Shown: positions 63,116 to 64,000 of the stretch, piece by piece
Layout of the letters: each line of letters opens with the position of its first letter
Numbering within the stretch: position 1 is the first letter of the stretch
Assembly: GCA_963798055.1 (NCBI GenBank)
Contig: CAWCRX010000022.1
Coordinates: forward strand, 345,201 to 409,200
DNA length: 64,000 nucleotides
Direction of reading: 5' to 3'
Origin: an uncultured Actinomycetota bacterium
Lineage (GTDB): Bacteria; Actinomycetota; Actinomycetes; Propionibacteriales; Nocardioidaceae
Made by a program: the position numbers and the translations under genes
Notes under the pieces: model-generated
Databases searched by the model: none
Seen by the model: the letters and a program-made list of their open reading frames with translations, nothing else
What the model was told of the DNA's origin: nothing

Positions 63116-64000
63116 CTACTTCAGGAACTTGGAGAAGTCCGTGGGCAGCTGCAGCTCGGCGGCCGCCTTCTCGTAGTCGACCTCTTCGCCGTCGGGGTTG
63201 CCGAACGGGTTGGCCCCCGCGGACCCGACCTTCTCCTTGTCGGCGGCGGCCTGCTGCGCCGCCTTGGCGGGGTTGCCGGAGACTCGGCGGCCCTTGCCCT
63301 TCTTGGCCTGCTGCTTCGCCTTGCCGCGCTTGCCGCCGCCGGGCGCCGCGGGCATCCCGGGCATGCCGGGCATGCCGGGCATCCCGCCGCCGCGGGCCAT
63401 CTGCAGCATCATCTTGCGGGCCTCGAAGAACCGGTCGACGAGGCTGTTGACGTCGGAGACCTGGCGACCGGAGCCCTTGGCGATCCGGGCCCGGCGCGAG
63501 CCGTCGATCATCTTCGGGTTGGCCCGCTCGGCGGGGGTCATCGACTGGATGACCGCCTGGATCCGGTCGATCTCGCGCTCGTCGAAGTTCTCCAGCTGCT
63601 CGCGCATCTGACCCATGCCGGGCAGCATCCCGAGGATCTTCGACATCGATCCGAGCTTGCGGACCTGCTGCATCTGCTCGAGGAAGTCGTCGAGGGTGAA
63701 CTCGCCGCCCTTGCCGGTGAGCTTCTCGGCGGCCTTCATGGCCTGGTCCTGGTCGAACGCCTTCTCGGCCTGCTCGATCAGGGTCATCACGTCGCCCATG
63801 TCGAGGATCCGGGAGGCCATCCGGTCGGGGTGGAAGACGTCGAAGTCGGTGAGCTTCTCGCCGGCGGAGGCGAACATCACCGGCCGGCCGGTCACCTTCC
63901 GGATCGAGAGCGCGGCGCCACCGCGGGCGTCTCCGTCGAGCTTGGTGAGCACCACGCCGTCGTACCCGACCCCGTCGAGGAACGCCTGCGCGGTGGAGAC
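63116..64000 (-). CDS. ffh: Signal recognition particle protein, C-terminal part
   Basis: TKLDGDARGGAALS, FHPDRMASRILDMGD and the Met-rich M domain. Confidence 0.97.
   Translation of the reverse strand, partial: VSTAQAFLDGVGYDGVVLTKLDGDARGGAALSIRKVTGRPVMFASAGEKLTDFDVFHPDRMASRILDMGDVMTLIEQAEKAFDQDQAMKAAEKLTGKGGEFTLDDFLEQMQQVRKLGSMSKILGMLPGMGQMREQLENFDEREIDRIQAVIQSMTPAERANPKMIDGSRRARIAKGSGRQVSDVNSLVDRFFEARKMMLQMARGGGMPGMPGMPGMPAAPGGGKRGKAKQQAKKGKGRRVSGNPAKAAQQAAADKEKVGSAGANPFGNPDGEEVDYEKAAAELQLPTDFSKFLK

Noticed and set aside
63345-63385. GMPGMPGMP repeat in Ffh
   Set aside because: Ordinary low-complexity C-terminal tail of actinobacterial Ffh.

Overview
High-GC actinobacterial chromosome segment, most like Nocardioides/Nocardioidaceae judged from gene order and protein sequences. 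It covers the conserved translation and MEP-pathway region, mostly on the minus strand: ffh, rpsP-khpA-rimM-trmD, rplS, lepB-rnhB-DUF2469, yraN-comM-dprA, xerC, rpsB-tsf-pyrH-frr-cdsA, rlmN, dxr-rseP-ispG, proS, rimP-nusA, ylxR-infB-rbfA-truB and ribF. Accessory genes are interspersed: hydrolases, regulator/target pairs, TadE/TadG, a Ser/Thr kinase, GH3/ROK and a WXG100-like/NYN trio. About 25 genes, including essential ones, carry 1-2 bp frameshifts. These are most likely sequencing or assembly indels, so the genes are called as CDS. No rRNA, tRNA, CRISPR array, transposase or prophage was recognised. The strongest unexplained signals are non-coding: (1) three ATGA-overlapping Met-Ser mini-ORFs directly upstream of infB; (2) an identically spaced bipartite TCCACAG motif upstream of both the yraN-comM-dprA operon and the M23 peptidase gene; (3) a pseudoknot-like rplS leader; (4) REP-like palindromes at the starts of rimM and DUF2469; (5) a TGCACAAAC-N-TGCAG motif on both sides of an M43 protease gene. 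An in-frame TrmD-GNAT fusion and an AT-rich synonymous patch inside dxr also stand out. All calls are from reading the sequence by eye; no database search was run.
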